Source: an uncultured Pseudomonadota bacterium
GTDB taxonomy: Bacteria; Bdellovibrionota_B; Oligoflexia; Oligoflexales; CAIYRB01
DNA: 64,000 nucleotides
Assembly: GCA_903915625.1 (NCBI GenBank)
Contig: CAIWTN010000178.1
Span: 4,553-68,552, forward strand
Direction of reading: 5' to 3'
Under the pieces are notes generated by a model. The model searched no databases, had not been told where the DNA came from, and saw only the letters and a list, made by a program, of their open reading frames with translations. Of this stretch, positions 1-9,767 are shown in pieces. The first letter of the stretch is position 1; each line of letters begins with the position of its first letter. The translations under genes and the position numbers were made by a program.

Positions 1-2
1 TG

Positions 3-557
3 TTGGTTGGTGGCGTGTTGCCGTTTATCTTCACCTCGCAAACGATGCTGGCTGTAGGCCAAGCTGCTAACGCGATGATTGAAGAAGTGCGTCGTCAGTT
101 CCGCACGATTCCTGGTCTACTGGAAGGCAAAGCTAAGCCTGACTACCGCACTTGCGTCGCAATTTCGACCACAGCAGCTCTGCAGCGCATGATTCCACCG
201 GGCATCCTAGTGCTAGCTTCGCCGCTAGTTGTCGGTGTGCTCTTCGGTGTGCAAGCTCTTGCTGGCCTGCTCGCTGGTTCGCTGATCTGCGGCTTGGTGA
301 TGGCACTCTCGGCGTCCAACTCAGGTGGCGCTTGGGACAACGCGAAAAAATACATTGAGACTGGCGCTCACGGCGGCAAGGGCTCGCAAGCTCACAAAGC
401 TGCAGTCGTTGGCGACACTGTAGGCGACCCGTTCAAAGACACCTCGGGCCCATCGCTGAACATCTTGATGAAGCTGATGGCGATCTTGAGCCTAGTATTC
501 GTGCCGTTTATCATCACAGCGCACGAAGCTGTGCTCGCCGCTCTCGGCCTTAAATAA
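3..557 (+). CDS. hppA: Membrane-bound H+/Na+-translocating pyrophosphatase, C-terminal fragment (5' end lies outside the window)
   Basis: The ORF runs in from the left edge. It carries [23 protein letters not shown] and DNAKKYIE, which are signature motifs of membrane pyrophosphatases. Confidence 0.9.
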   Translation: MVGGVLPFIFTSQTMLAVGQAANAMIEEVRRQFRTIPGLLEGKAKPDYRTCVAISTTAALQRMIPPGILVLASPLVVGVLFGVQALAGLLAGSLICGLVMALSASNSGGAWDNAKKYIETGAHGGKGSQAHKAAVVGDTVGDPFKDTSGPSLNILMKLMAILSLVFVPFIITAHEAVLAALGLK

Positions 558-563
558 GTTAGG

Positions 564-1865
564 TTAGACGGGCAGCGATGCAACCATCGCCTGCCCAGCA
601 ATCCAGGCGGTGGTCCAAGCCGCCTGGAAGTTAAACCCGCCAGTGATCCCATCGACCGCCAGCACTTCACCCGCGAAATATAAGCCCGGAACCACACGAC
701 TCTCCATCGTGCGAAAATCGACTTCTTTCAGATGTATGCCGCCAGCAGAGACGAACTCTTCTTTGAACACGCCCTTACCGGTAATTTGATATTGGCCGCG
801 GTGGAGTTCATTCAGCAACCGCTCCATTTCATCTTTAGTCACATCGGCGTAAGTGCGCTCATTATCTAGGCCTAAATACTGAACTAGACTCTCCCAGAAG
901 CGGCGCGGCAGCTGCGAAAATGGACTGTGTTTAGCAATCGTGCGACGCGGATGCTCCGCTTTAAAAGCACGCAGCATCCCCTGCAACTCAGCCGACGAGT
1001 GCTGCGGCAAATAATTGATCACTAAGGTTGCCTGATACTGACTCGCATGCAGAGCCACAGCACCAAAGGCTGAGAGCTTTAAAACCGCTGGACCGCTAAG
1101 CCCCCAATGTGTGATTAACATCGGCCCTTGACGCTCAAGACGCTTAGACTCGGGGCATTGCAACGACAGGTGCACATCACTAAATGCGACACCCGATAAC
1201 TCCGCAAGGCGCGGATCTTTGATATTGAAAGTAAATAGCGAAGGGACGTGAGGCTCTAGGCGGTGACCGAGTTGTGCCGCCAATTCTAGTCCCGCGGGCG
1301 CACTGCCTGTGGCGATCATCAATCGTTCGGCACTGATCTCGCGGCCGTCTTTAAGAGTCAGGTGAAAGTGTTCACCGTCGCGCATTATTTTAGTGACTGA
1401 GGCACCCAAACACACGTCAACACCAGCCGATGCCGCACTTGATTCTAGGCACTTAGCAATCGTCGCCGAACTATCCGTCACCGGAAACATACGGCCGTCA
1501 GCCTCGACCTTGAGGGCCACGCCGCGTCCTTCGAACCAAGACACCGTATCGCGCGGCTGAAAGCGCATGAACGCAGAGCGCAGCTCGCGACTACCTCTAG
1601 GATAATTGTCGATCAGCTTTACCGGATCAAAGCAGTGATGAGTGACGTTACAACGCCCGCCACCGGACAGATGCACTTTCATCAGGACTTTGCGCGTCGC
1701 TTCGAGCAAGGTCACTCGCCCGTGCGGCGCTAACTCGGCAGCACGAATCGCAGCGAAATAACCAGCAGCACCACCACCGATCACAACGATGTGCGGACGC
1801 CGCTGATTTGAATGATCGGAGTGACCTGAGTGATCTGAATCTTTTGTATGCAAGGAATTAGACAT
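564..1865 (-). CDS. NAD(P)/FAD-dependent oxidoreductase, HI0933/YhiN (BaiN-like) flavoprotein family
   Basis: It has the dinucleotide-binding motif VVIGGGAAGYFAAIRAAE and a C-terminal GEVLAVDGITGGFNFQ. I placed the start at ATG 1865 (MSNSL...), 10 nt after the upstream stop. The track ORF start at 1922 would overlap the upstream gene by 47 nt. The N-terminus is His-rich. Confidence 0.8.
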   Translation of the reverse strand: MSNSLHTKDSDHSGHSDHSNQRRPHIVVIGGGAAGYFAAIRAAELAPHGRVTLLEATRKVLMKVHLSGGGRCNVTHHCFDPVKLIDNYPRGSRELRSAFMRFQPRDTVSWFEGRGVALKVEADGRMFPVTDSSATIAKCLESSAASAGVDVCLGASVTKIMRDGEHFHLTLKDGREISAERLMIATGSAPAGLELAAQLGHRLEPHVPSLFTFNIKDPRLAELSGVAFSDVHLSLQCPESKRLERQGPMLITHWGLSGPAVLKLSAFGAVALHASQYQATLVINYLPQHSSAELQGMLRAFKAEHPRRTIAKHSPFSQLPRRFWESLVQYLGLDNERTYADVTKDEMERLLNELHRGQYQITGKGVFKEEFVSAGGIHLKEVDFRTMESRVVPGLYFAGEVLAVDGITGGFNFQAAWTTAWIAGQAMVASLPV

Positions 1866-1875
1866 ATGTGACGTC

Positions 1876-2634
1876 TTAAGAATCACCCCGGCCCTGATCC
1901 GGCCGCAGCGGTGGTAGACCATTAGTCGGCGACGACCAAGCAGGAGTGTCGCCGGGAAAAGGGGGCAAATCTACTTGCGGACTTTGTTCCCAGTAGTTCA
2001 CAGGCGAAGTATTTGCGGTGCTTTTTGTATGATGCGCCGCATTACCGGCATTATCACCAGGACGACGTGATGAACGTGGGCGACGCTTCTTGCCACCGCG
2101 CCGCGGGAAAAGCCCCCAAATCAGCATATTGATCGCGAGCACGCTAAATAACAGTGCTCCGCCAACTAATGCGGCAAAGACAACATACTCGCGCAGGCTG
2201 TTGTGCTCTTTGGAATGATCTATGGGCTGTGAGTCGATCGTAAAATTCACCAGCGGCATTTCGCCGGCTTCTAGTGGGTCGGTGCGATATCCAATCGACT
2301 TAAGTGCACGTACCAATTCTTGACGCGCTTGACGCACTACCTCAGGAGGTAGATCTGAGGTTAGAGTTACCGCTAGATTTACTTTGGTAATGGTAGGCTC
2401 AGGCTTGCTCAAATCAAAATTAGCCAGACTGCTAACATCAATGTGCTCTGGCGGTTGTTGTCCGACTTCCTTGAAGTAATGATCCAAGGTCTGCCGCACC
2501 AACTCGTCCATCTTCGTCGCCACAGCTTGCTGATAACCATCAAGGGCTTCTTGCGGTACCGCGTGGGCTTGAGATGCGGTGAGCGCGAAAGTTAAAACCA
2601 GGGAAGTGAGGGCAGCCAGGGCGCGCTGCAGCAT
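1876..2634 (-). CDS. Hypothetical single-pass membrane protein: signal peptide, periplasmic domain, TM helix, Arg/Lys-rich then Pro-rich tail
   Basis: The signal-like N-terminus is MLQRALAALTSLVLTFALTASQAHA, and GAGAGG lies 7 nt upstream of ATG 2634. A hydrophobic segment VVFAALVGGALLFSVLAINMLIWGLF is followed by RRGGKKRRPRSSRR. I recognise no family. Confidence 0.5.
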   Translation of the reverse strand: MLQRALAALTSLVLTFALTASQAHAVPQEALDGYQQAVATKMDELVRQTLDHYFKEVGQQPPEHIDVSSLANFDLSKPEPTITKVNLAVTLTSDLPPEVVRQARQELVRALKSIGYRTDPLEAGEMPLVNFTIDSQPIDHSKEHNSLREYVVFAALVGGALLFSVLAINMLIWGLFPRRGGKKRRPRSSRRPGDNAGNAAHHTKSTANTSPVNYWEQSPQVDLPPFPGDTPAWSSPTNGLPPLRPDQGRGDS

Positions 2635-2812
2635 AGGGGGACCTCTCATGAAAGTCATTGAAGATGGGCTTAGTCTGAAGCGGTCTAAAAGTGCCGGCTA
2701 AACATAACAGATTTATCTTCCAGGCTCCAGCTGGGCGCTTACGCGGCCAAATAATACAATAAATTTGGATATTTATAATGCTAAAAAACGCCCTCTTCGG
2801 CATGACCTGGAT

Positions 2813-4006
2813 TCAAATCACCCCATCCGCCGCCAGCCTTGCCACTGCCTGAGCATCAAGCCCCAACCAATCGCCGAGAATTTGTGCGTTATCAGCACCC
2901 AACGCCGGAGGAGCTAGCAACTCCCCAGGGTCTGCCACCAGCGGCGACCGCAGCAAATCCACGTCACTGCCATCAGGCCTTTTAGCTTTGATTTTAAATC
3001 TTCGATTCGCAGCTAGATCACTGTGCATCAGAGTCGCCAAATCCCAGATCGGACCGCACGGAACTTTTGCCGCAGTCAGATCGTGAATCCATTGCTCTGT
3101 GGAGCGCTGCTTTAACCAACTCCCGACCTGCGGAATCAACACCTCACGATGGCGCACACGGCTCTCGTTGGTGGCAAAGCGTGCGTCCAACGCAATATCA
3201 TCATGCCCCGCAACTTTACAGAAACGGCGCCACTGCGCGTCATTCCCGACCGCAAGCACTAGCCACCCGTTGGAAGTGGCAAAGGCCTCGTAAGGAACAA
3301 TTTGCGCGTGGGCATTACCTTGGCGCGCAGGTACTTTGCCGGTGGTCAAAAAACTCTGACCTACATTCGCCATGCTCGCCACAGCACAATCAATCAACGC
3401 TAAGTCGATGGCATAACCATGTCCGGATTCTGCCCGACCGCGCAGTGCTGCAAGCACTGCGACTGCAGCATAAAGACCAGTCGTGATATCAGCGATGGCG
3501 ACACCAAATTTACTCGGCGGTCCCTCTTTAGGTCCAGTCGCCGCCATCATTCCACTCATGCCCTGCACGACAAAATCGTAGCCTGGTCTGTCCGCATCAG
3601 GACCGGAGCGCCCGAATCCAGACAGCGAACAAATAATCAGCCGCGAATTACGCTGATGCATAGTTGCGGCGTCCATGCCGAGATCATGAACTGAATCGGC
3701 ACGAAAATTCTCCAAGACAATATCACTGCGCTCAACAAGCTTAAGCCACAGCTCACGCCCAGCCGCCTGCTTAAGGTCGAGGGTGAGCGAGCGCTTGCCG
3801 CGATTGCACGACATAAAATAAGCACTAAGGTCATCAAGATACGGAGGACCCCAAGCTCGGGTGTCATCACCACTGCCGGGTTGCTCGATCTTAACCACCT
3901 CGGCACCCAGGTCAGCAAGAATCTGCCCCGCATAAGGCCCAGCCAGCACGCGCGAGGCATCTAATACTCGCAAGCCCTTCAAGCTCTGCGCTAAATCAGA
4001 GCTCAT
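2813..4006 (-). CDS. Family III CoA-transferase (CaiB/BaiF type)
   Basis: The N-terminus LRVLDASRVLAGPYAGQILADLGAEVVKIEQPGSGDDTRAWGPP is typical of CaiB/BaiF/formyl-CoA transferases. Its ATG overlaps the murG stop (ATGA at 4003-4006). Confidence 0.85.
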   Translation of the reverse strand: MSSDLAQSLKGLRVLDASRVLAGPYAGQILADLGAEVVKIEQPGSGDDTRAWGPPYLDDLSAYFMSCNRGKRSLTLDLKQAAGRELWLKLVERSDIVLENFRADSVHDLGMDAATMHQRNSRLIICSLSGFGRSGPDADRPGYDFVVQGMSGMMAATGPKEGPPSKFGVAIADITTGLYAAVAVLAALRGRAESGHGYAIDLALIDCAVASMANVGQSFLTTGKVPARQGNAHAQIVPYEAFATSNGWLVLAVGNDAQWRRFCKVAGHDDIALDARFATNESRVRHREVLIPQVGSWLKQRSTEQWIHDLTAAKVPCGPIWDLATLMHSDLAANRRFKIKAKRPDGSDVDLLRSPLVADPGELLAPPALGADNAQILGDWLGLDAQAVARLAADGVI

Positions 4007-5097
4007 GACTGTTGCACTACAGGGAGGCCAGCTGCTTCGCTTAATGCTGCCAATATGCGTTCAGCAGCGCCGACGGCATTGTGGGCACTCTGAGCCTTTT
4101 TTATCGCATCACTCTGTATCATCAACTCGCCAATCTGAGATTTAAAAGAGTCTGGCGTTAGATCTTTCTCCCGCAACACCAGCGCCCACCCCTGCCGCTT
4201 AAATGACTCGGCATTGATCACCTGATCGCCGCGGCTGCCCTGCTCAAGTGGGATAAGCAGCATCGGCTTGCGTAGGGCCAAAACTTCAAAGAGCGAATTC
4301 GCACCCGCGCGACTAATTACAAGGTCACTCAGAGCATAAATGTCTTTCATCTCTTCGCTGAGAAATTCAAAACTTTTATAGCGCGGATGCTGGAAGCCAA
4401 TTCCTTTGCCAGCACCTGTGAGGTGAATCACCCGCGCCCGCTCCATTAACCACGGTAAAATCTCAAGCAGAGCAGCATTAATGCGCTGCGCACCTTGACT
4501 GCCACCCATGACTAAAATTGTTGGTAGGGACTCGTCGGCAAACCCACAAAGCTTCTGCCCAACCGCACGATCCCCTTGAAATAACTGCTGCCTAATCGGC
4601 GTACCAACCTGCTCCGATTTGTCGCGCAGATAATTCGCTGTCTCTGGAAAGGTATAAAGCAACTTACGCGCTACCGGTTTAATCAAGCGATTGGCCAGAC
4701 CAGGCGTTACATCTGACTCATGCGACACGACCGGAATCCGCAGTACCCAGGCGGCCCAGGCCACTGGCACAGCGACAAAGCCACCTTTGCTAAACAGCAC
4801 GTCAGGCCTTTTGCGCATCAGCAGCAGCAATGCCTGCAGGCAACCAAACCCGACCTTGAATAAATCGACTAAATTTTTCCACGATGCATAGCGCCGCAGC
4901 TTGCCAGTCGCGATGGTGTGAAACTCAACCCCCTGCGCTTCTACCAGCTGCCGCTCAAGCCCGGCTGACCCCACATAAAACATTTGCCAACCGCGTTGAC
5001 GCATACCCGGCAGGAGTGCGAAATGCGGCGTCACATGACCTGCCGTACCACCACCCGTTAGACAAACATTAAACTGTTTAGTTAATTTAGTCGGCAT
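4003..5097 (-). CDS. murG: UDP-GlcNAc:undecaprenyl-PP-MurNAc-pentapeptide GlcNAc transferase (GT28, MurG family)
   Basis: It has the G-loop CLTGGGTAGHVTPHFALLP and VMGGSQGAQRIN. I placed the start at ATG 5097 (MPTKLTKQ...). The longer track ORF (to 5271) would read through the upstream ABC ATPase gene. Confidence 0.8.
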   Translation of the reverse strand: MPTKLTKQFNVCLTGGGTAGHVTPHFALLPGMRQRGWQMFYVGSAGLERQLVEAQGVEFHTIATGKLRRYASWKNLVDLFKVGFGCLQALLLLMRKRPDVLFSKGGFVAVPVAWAAWVLRIPVVSHESDVTPGLANRLIKPVARKLLYTFPETANYLRDKSEQVGTPIRQQLFQGDRAVGQKLCGFADESLPTILVMGGSQGAQRINAALLEILPWLMERARVIHLTGAGKGIGFQHPRYKSFEFLSEEMKDIYALSDLVISRAGANSLFEVLALRKPMLLIPLEQGSRGDQVINAESFKRQGWALVLREKDLTPDSFKSQIGELMIQSDAIKKAQSAHNAVGAAERILAALSEAAGLPVVQQS

Positions 5098-6064
5098 AGT
5101 GGCATGACACCAAATGTGACTTGCCCGGTGCTCCGATGTCGCGAAGCTGCGGCGCTTCCGTCTTGCAGCGGTCGGTAGCATGGGGACAACGTGGATGAAA
5201 GTAACAACCAGACGGTGGATTAATCGGACTAGGCACATCGCCGGTGAGGACTTGGCGCTCTTTTTTGGCACTTAAGTCAGGCACTGGAATCGCTGCGATC
5301 AGTGCCTTTGTATAGGGATGAGACGGCCTGGCATAAAGCGCCTCGCTAGTCGAGTATTCCACGATTTTGCCTAGGTACATCACGGCAACTTTGTCGCTAA
5401 TGTGCTCGATCACCGCTAGGTCGTGGGCCACAAATAAGTACGATAATTTAAATTTTTTGCGCAGGTCGACCAACAGATTCAAAATCTGTGATTGGATGGA
5501 TACATCCAGCGCACTCACCGGTTCGTCAGCTACGATCAACTTTGGATTGAGTGCAATCGCGCGTGCAATCCCGACCCGTTGCCTTTGGCCGCCGGAGAAT
5601 TCATGCGGAAAGCGGCTTTCGGCATCAGCAGGCAAACCTACCGTTTCAAGCAGTTTACGGACATTGTTTTCAATCTCGCTGCGCGTGCCAAGCTTATGGA
5701 TAATGAAGGGCTCGGCTAAGACTTGGCCTATAGTCATGCGTGGATTCAGCGACGAAAAAGGATCCTGAAAGATGATCTGCATATCGCGGCGTTTATGCCG
5801 CATGGCCTTAGGATTCAGACTGAGTAGGTCAACCCCGTCAAAAGTGATCTGACCCGCTGTGGGCTCATAAAGCCGCAGAATCGAGCGTCCCAGCGTTGAT
5901 TTGCCGCAACCAGACTCACCGACTAAGCCCAGCGTCTCGCCGTGCTGTAAGCTAAAGCTAACATCGTCGACCGCATGCACCCGAGCTACTGTTTTACCCA
6001 GCAAACCGCCCTTAATTGGAAAGTGCTTCTTTAGTTGTCTGACCTCGAGCAGCGGTGCTTGCAT
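5087..6064 (-). CDS. Oligopeptide/dipeptide-type ABC transporter ATP-binding protein (OppF/DppF-like), orphan
   Basis: It has Walker [10 protein letters not shown], signature [14 protein letters not shown], Walker [13 protein letters not shown], and the C-terminal Cys-rich tail [17 protein letters not shown] 6064 is preceded by GGAAGAGGG. An alternative TTG start lies at 6094. Confidence 0.85.
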   Translation of the reverse strand: MQAPLLEVRQLKKHFPIKGGLLGKTVARVHAVDDVSFSLQHGETLGLVGESGCGKSTLGRSILRLYEPTAGQITFDGVDLLSLNPKAMRHKRRDMQIIFQDPFSSLNPRMTIGQVLAEPFIIHKLGTRSEIENNVRKLLETVGLPADAESRFPHEFSGGQRQRVGIARAIALNPKLIVADEPVSALDVSIQSQILNLLVDLRKKFKLSYLFVAHDLAVIEHISDKVAVMYLGKIVEYSTSEALYARPSHPYTKALIAAIPVPDLSAKKERQVLTGDVPSPINPPSGCYFHPRCPHATDRCKTEAPQLRDIGAPGKSHLVSCHYAD

Positions 6065-6134
6065 GGACTGCGTCCCTCTTCCGGTGGTCGCCAAATTCGT
6101 CGAGATAAACGCTCTGGATTACATCAAGATCATA

Positions 6135-7106
6135 TCAGGGTGAAAGCCAGCATGCTGCCTCATGACCAGGCGCCACCGACCTTAGTGGCGGCTCCTGCTC
6201 GCGGCACTTGGCATGCACATGTTTACAACGGTCCTGAAAGCGGCACCCCTTCGGCAGATTCGCCAAACTAGGCACCGTGCCCTCAATGGTAGGCAAGTAT
6301 TCTGTCTTGTGGCCCAGACGCGGAATACTATTCAAGAGGCCAACCGTATAGGGGTGAGTGGGAGCGCGAAAGATTGCTTCCACACTACCCTGCTCAGCAA
6401 TTTTTCCCGCGTACATCACGATGACGTAGTCACAAACTTCCGCCACCACGCCAAGATCATGCGTGATCAACAAGATAGCCATGTTCAGTTCGCGCTGCAG
6501 ATTCGCCATCAGATCAAGAATCTGGGCTTGAATCGTTACGTCCAGCGCTGTCGTTGGCTCGTCGGCAATCAGTAATTCCGGCCGGCATGCTAATGCCATC
6601 GCGATCATGATTCGCTGACGCATGCCGCCCGAAAGTTGGTGAGGATACTCATCGACCCGCTGTTCGGGCGCCGCCATCCGCACGAGGCGCAGCATCTCAA
6701 TCGAACGCTCACGCGCCTCTTTCTTGCTCGCACCGCGGTGAATCCGAAATACCTCGCCAATCTGATCACCGATGGTGAACACCGGATTTAAACTGGTCAT
6801 TGGTTCTTGAAAGATCATACTGATGCGATTACCGCGGAGTCCGCGCATCTGCGGCTCACTCAACTTAACGATGTCCTCGCCGCCAAAGATGATCTTGCTA
6901 CTCGGCTCAATCCGTCCCGGAGGTGATTGAATTAAACGCAAGATCGACAGCGACGTCACACTTTTGCCGCAGCCAGACTCTCCAACTAACCCAACAGTCT
7001 GTCCCTTGTTGATGGAAAAGCTGATATCGTCCACAGCCCGAATCAGACCGCGGTCCGTTTGGAAGCTGGTGACTAGGTGTTCGACCCGCAGCAATGAGTC
7101 TGTCAT
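6135..7106 (-). CDS. Oligopeptide/dipeptide-type ABC transporter ATP-binding protein (OppD/DppD-like), orphan
   Basis: It has Walker [12 protein letters not shown], signature [14 protein letters not shown], Walker [12 protein letters not shown], and the C-terminal tail [15 protein letters not shown]. Confidence 0.85.
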   Translation of the reverse strand: MTDSLLRVEHLVTSFQTDRGLIRAVDDISFSINKGQTVGLVGESGCGKSVTSLSILRLIQSPPGRIEPSSKIIFGGEDIVKLSEPQMRGLRGNRISMIFQEPMTSLNPVFTIGDQIGEVFRIHRGASKKEARERSIEMLRLVRMAAPEQRVDEYPHQLSGGMRQRIMIAMALACRPELLIADEPTTALDVTIQAQILDLMANLQRELNMAILLITHDLGVVAEVCDYVIVMYAGKIAEQGSVEAIFRAPTHPYTVGLLNSIPRLGHKTEYLPTIEGTVPSLANLPKGCRFQDRCKHVHAKCREQEPPLRSVAPGHEAACWLSP

Positions 7107-7193
7107 AGTTGATCCAGGTTAAGTCACCGTTAGATTTAATTAATCTAGCCGCTTCTAGGGGTGCGGGCAAGTCCCCCTCAAGCGACTCTAACG

Positions 7194-7886
7194 CTAATCG
7201 AGTTTGATCCACTTGATGCTATAGTCGCCGGCTCCAGTCAGAGATCCGGCAGCACCAGGCACGCGCGGCAAACACCAGGTCAGCTGCTCATGAAAGAATA
7301 AGTGATGGCGCCAATCGATCTGCGCACAGGACGCTAGGCCACTGCCTACCGGTGGCAGCCTTAGAGTCATAGTTCTCCCGCCATCGACCATACCAAGAAT
7401 GACCGTACTGCCATCGTCACTGCGATTTGCTAGCCTCTGCAGCCAGGACTGCGGGTAGATCGACTGTAGTAGGCAAGGCACCTCATCTGCCTTAATCGGA
7501 ATTGGGTCACCGTCCACCACCAACCACTTGTCTGCGGCAATGGTCACGGATGGAATCCGGTTAGCCAATGGCCCTCGTAGCCGAATGGAAGAGCCTTGAT
7601 GCTTAGCCGTCACAATCGTGGCACCAATAGGGTCGGTAACTTCCAGCTCCCACAGGTCCGCGTCTCGAGCCACCCAATTGACCTCGGCACTGCCTTGAAA
7701 TGCGCTGTGGGCATAAATCTGCACGGTTGCCGCCCCGTCACCTGGATTACAAAGACTAAACCAGGGCTTAACCACTATTGGTACGGCAGGCGGTGGCAAT
7801 GGAGCCATCGTTTGACAGCCTGCAGCCATGCTAGTCAGCACAACCAACCAAAGCCAACAGGTGCCAAGCTTGGGATACGTGATCAT
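7194..7886 (-). CDS. Hypothetical lipoprotein (possibly a LolB/DUF4292-like fold; weak inference)
   Basis: It has a signal peptide plus lipobox (LTSMAAGC). Its ATG overlaps the stop of the upstream TPR gene (ATGA at 7883-7886). I cannot make a firm family assignment by eye. Confidence 0.5.
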   Translation of the reverse strand: MITYPKLGTCWLWLVVLTSMAAGCQTMAPLPPPAVPIVVKPWFSLCNPGDGAATVQIYAHSAFQGSAEVNWVARDADLWELEVTDPIGATIVTAKHQGSSIRLRGPLANRIPSVTIAADKWLVVDGDPIPIKADEVPCLLQSIYPQSWLQRLANRSDDGSTVILGMVDGGRTMTLRLPPVGSGLASCAQIDWRHHLFFHEQLTWCLPRVPGAAGSLTGAGDYSIKWIKLD

Positions 7887-9658
7887 TGAGTTGCCGTTAC
7901 CTTCTTTTCGATCCGCTGCTTATCCGAGTCCTCGATGCTACTGCGCAACGCTTTTTGATACATCGAGTGAGCACCGGCCTTATCGCCCATCGCCTTTTTA
8001 ACATCACCTAAGTGCTCAAAAATCACGCCTTCGTTTGGCTCCATTTTGACAGCTTGCTCGAGAGTCAAGTGAGCTTTTTTGTAATCACCCTTTTGGTAGT
8101 AAAGCCAGCCCAATGAGTCCAAGTAAAAGCCATCGTTGGGTTTGAGCTTTAGGGCAGTGGTGATCAGCTGTTCCGCCTCATCTAAGTGTTCGCCCTTTTC
8201 GGCAAAAAGATAGCCTAGGAAGTTATGGGCGCTGCTATTTTCCGGGTCGACTTTTATGACCTGCCGCATTGTCGCAATACAGGCGTCACGCTTGTCAGCC
8301 TTTTCCTCATAAACACCTTTCATGAACAACAAACGTGGTTTATCAGGATACTTCTTATAGCCCGCATCTGCCGCGCGCCAAGCGTCGTCGTAGTGTTCCG
8401 TATCACCAAATACACCAGCAATCACTCCGTAGGCTTCCCAAGTGGCTTGCGGGTCGTCGAGCAGTTTTTTGGCTAGTTCGTAGGCCTCTTTAGCCCGCTT
8501 CTTATCTTTGGCGATAATCATAAGAATGCGGAAATCAGCATCTTTACGCAGCGGCGAATTGGCCGCTATACCCTGGTACAACTCCAGCGCCTTAGTGAAT
8601 TGTTCCATTCTTTCTTGGCCAAAGGCCGCAAGGTAGCGCACGCGATCGGAATCCGGATAACTCTTCACCAGCTGATCTAGCAGGCGCGCCGCTTCATCAT
8701 TGCGTTTGAGTTCCCAAAGCAGAATCGCCTTCTGCATTTGGACGGCGGGCTTAGCCTCGCCGCCTTGCTTGATCATCTCGTCGAGGAGTTCGATAGCACT
8801 GTCGAGATTGCCAAGCTCGCGGTACAAATCCACCATCCGTCCGGTCAGTTCTTCATCGGTCGGATCTAGGTGATAGAGCTGTTCATAAATACGCACAGCC
8901 TGCTTCAACTTACCATTCAGCTGCAGCGTGATCGCATAAATTTGCGTGAGTTGAGGATTTGCACTTTGCATCTCCCAAGCGCGCCTGGCCGGAACCAAGG
9001 CCTCTTTATGCTGAGAATTGATCAAATACAGTCGGCTGAGTTGTGACCACCCCGCTACTGAGGAAGGGACGTGGCGAGTCAATTCTTTAGCAACGACGAT
9101 GGCTTTATGAGTTTGCTTAGTATTCTGATACAGATCAGCAAGCTCGAGAAAAGCCGCCTCATTTTGGGGGTCGAGCTCAATACATTTCTCTAGCTGAATG
9201 ATAGCGTCGCTTGCTTGCCCTTCAAGAGCCAGCATATTGCCGTATAGGTAGCGAAGCTGCGCTTCCCGTGGGTACAGTAACACCATTTTACGGGCATCGA
9301 TCAGAGCATCGGCACGGTCACCGGCGGCAGCACGCGCAGCCAACACTTTGCCGCCAAGAAAGGGCGTCGGATCAAGGCTGTAGGCTGACTCATAAAGCTG
9401 CAGAGCTTTTTTGGCGTCACGCTCCTTAAGCAGGGCAAATTCAGCCGCCATAAAATAATAACTGGCAGTGGCACGGCGCTGAGACGGTGACCATAGCGCT
9501 AACGGTACTTTGTTTGGGTCGTTTGGTTCCGTCAAATTGAGAGTGCCGGCATCCTTCGCCTGATTGCCTGGACTCGGGCTAGCGCTATGGCTGCCAGTGC
9601 TTCTGCATGACGTAAGCCCAAGGAACGCTACGAGCCATGCCACTGTCTTGAGACCCAT
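7883..9658 (-). CDS. Tetratricopeptide-repeat (TPR) lipoprotein
   Basis: It has an N-terminal signal and lipobox (FLGLTSC). Many 34-aa TPR-like units follow, with the A/Y/L periodicity (e.g. ALQLYESAYSLDP, AIIQLEKCIELDP, AHLTLEQAVKMEPN). Confidence 0.75.
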   Translation of the reverse strand: MGLKTVAWLVAFLGLTSCRSTGSHSASPSPGNQAKDAGTLNLTEPNDPNKVPLALWSPSQRRATASYYFMAAEFALLKERDAKKALQLYESAYSLDPTPFLGGKVLAARAAAGDRADALIDARKMVLLYPREAQLRYLYGNMLALEGQASDAIIQLEKCIELDPQNEAAFLELADLYQNTKQTHKAIVVAKELTRHVPSSVAGWSQLSRLYLINSQHKEALVPARRAWEMQSANPQLTQIYAITLQLNGKLKQAVRIYEQLYHLDPTDEELTGRMVDLYRELGNLDSAIELLDEMIKQGGEAKPAVQMQKAILLWELKRNDEAARLLDQLVKSYPDSDRVRYLAAFGQERMEQFTKALELYQGIAANSPLRKDADFRILMIIAKDKKRAKEAYELAKKLLDDPQATWEAYGVIAGVFGDTEHYDDAWRAADAGYKKYPDKPRLLFMKGVYEEKADKRDACIATMRQVIKVDPENSSAHNFLGYLFAEKGEHLDEAEQLITTALKLKPNDGFYLDSLGWLYYQKGDYKKAHLTLEQAVKMEPNEGVIFEHLGDVKKAMGDKAGAHSMYQKALRSSIEDSDKQRIEKKVTATQ

Positions 9659-9767
9659 AGGGCTCCTTCACTCAAGTCGCTGATCCAATTTGATGTTCTT
9701 GATTAAACCGCAAAGCACCGTGGCGGCGCAAAGAATTTAAGCACGACCCCAGGGCTTATCTTACTTG

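Noticed and set aside
2741-2790. An AT-rich stretch (…CCAAATAATACAATAAATTTGGATATTTATAATG…) that briefly looked like a dif/Xer site or a promoter.
   Set aside because: It has only a 6-bp inverted repeat with a 10-nt spacer and matches the proteobacterial dif consensus poorly. The TATAAT is on the strand with no downstream gene.
5098-5271. The 58-aa N-terminal extension of the murG track ORF (4003-5271).
   Set aside because: The extension lies entirely inside the upstream oppF-like coding region in another frame. The conserved MurG G-loop begins 15 residues after Met59, so ATG 5097 is the sensible start.
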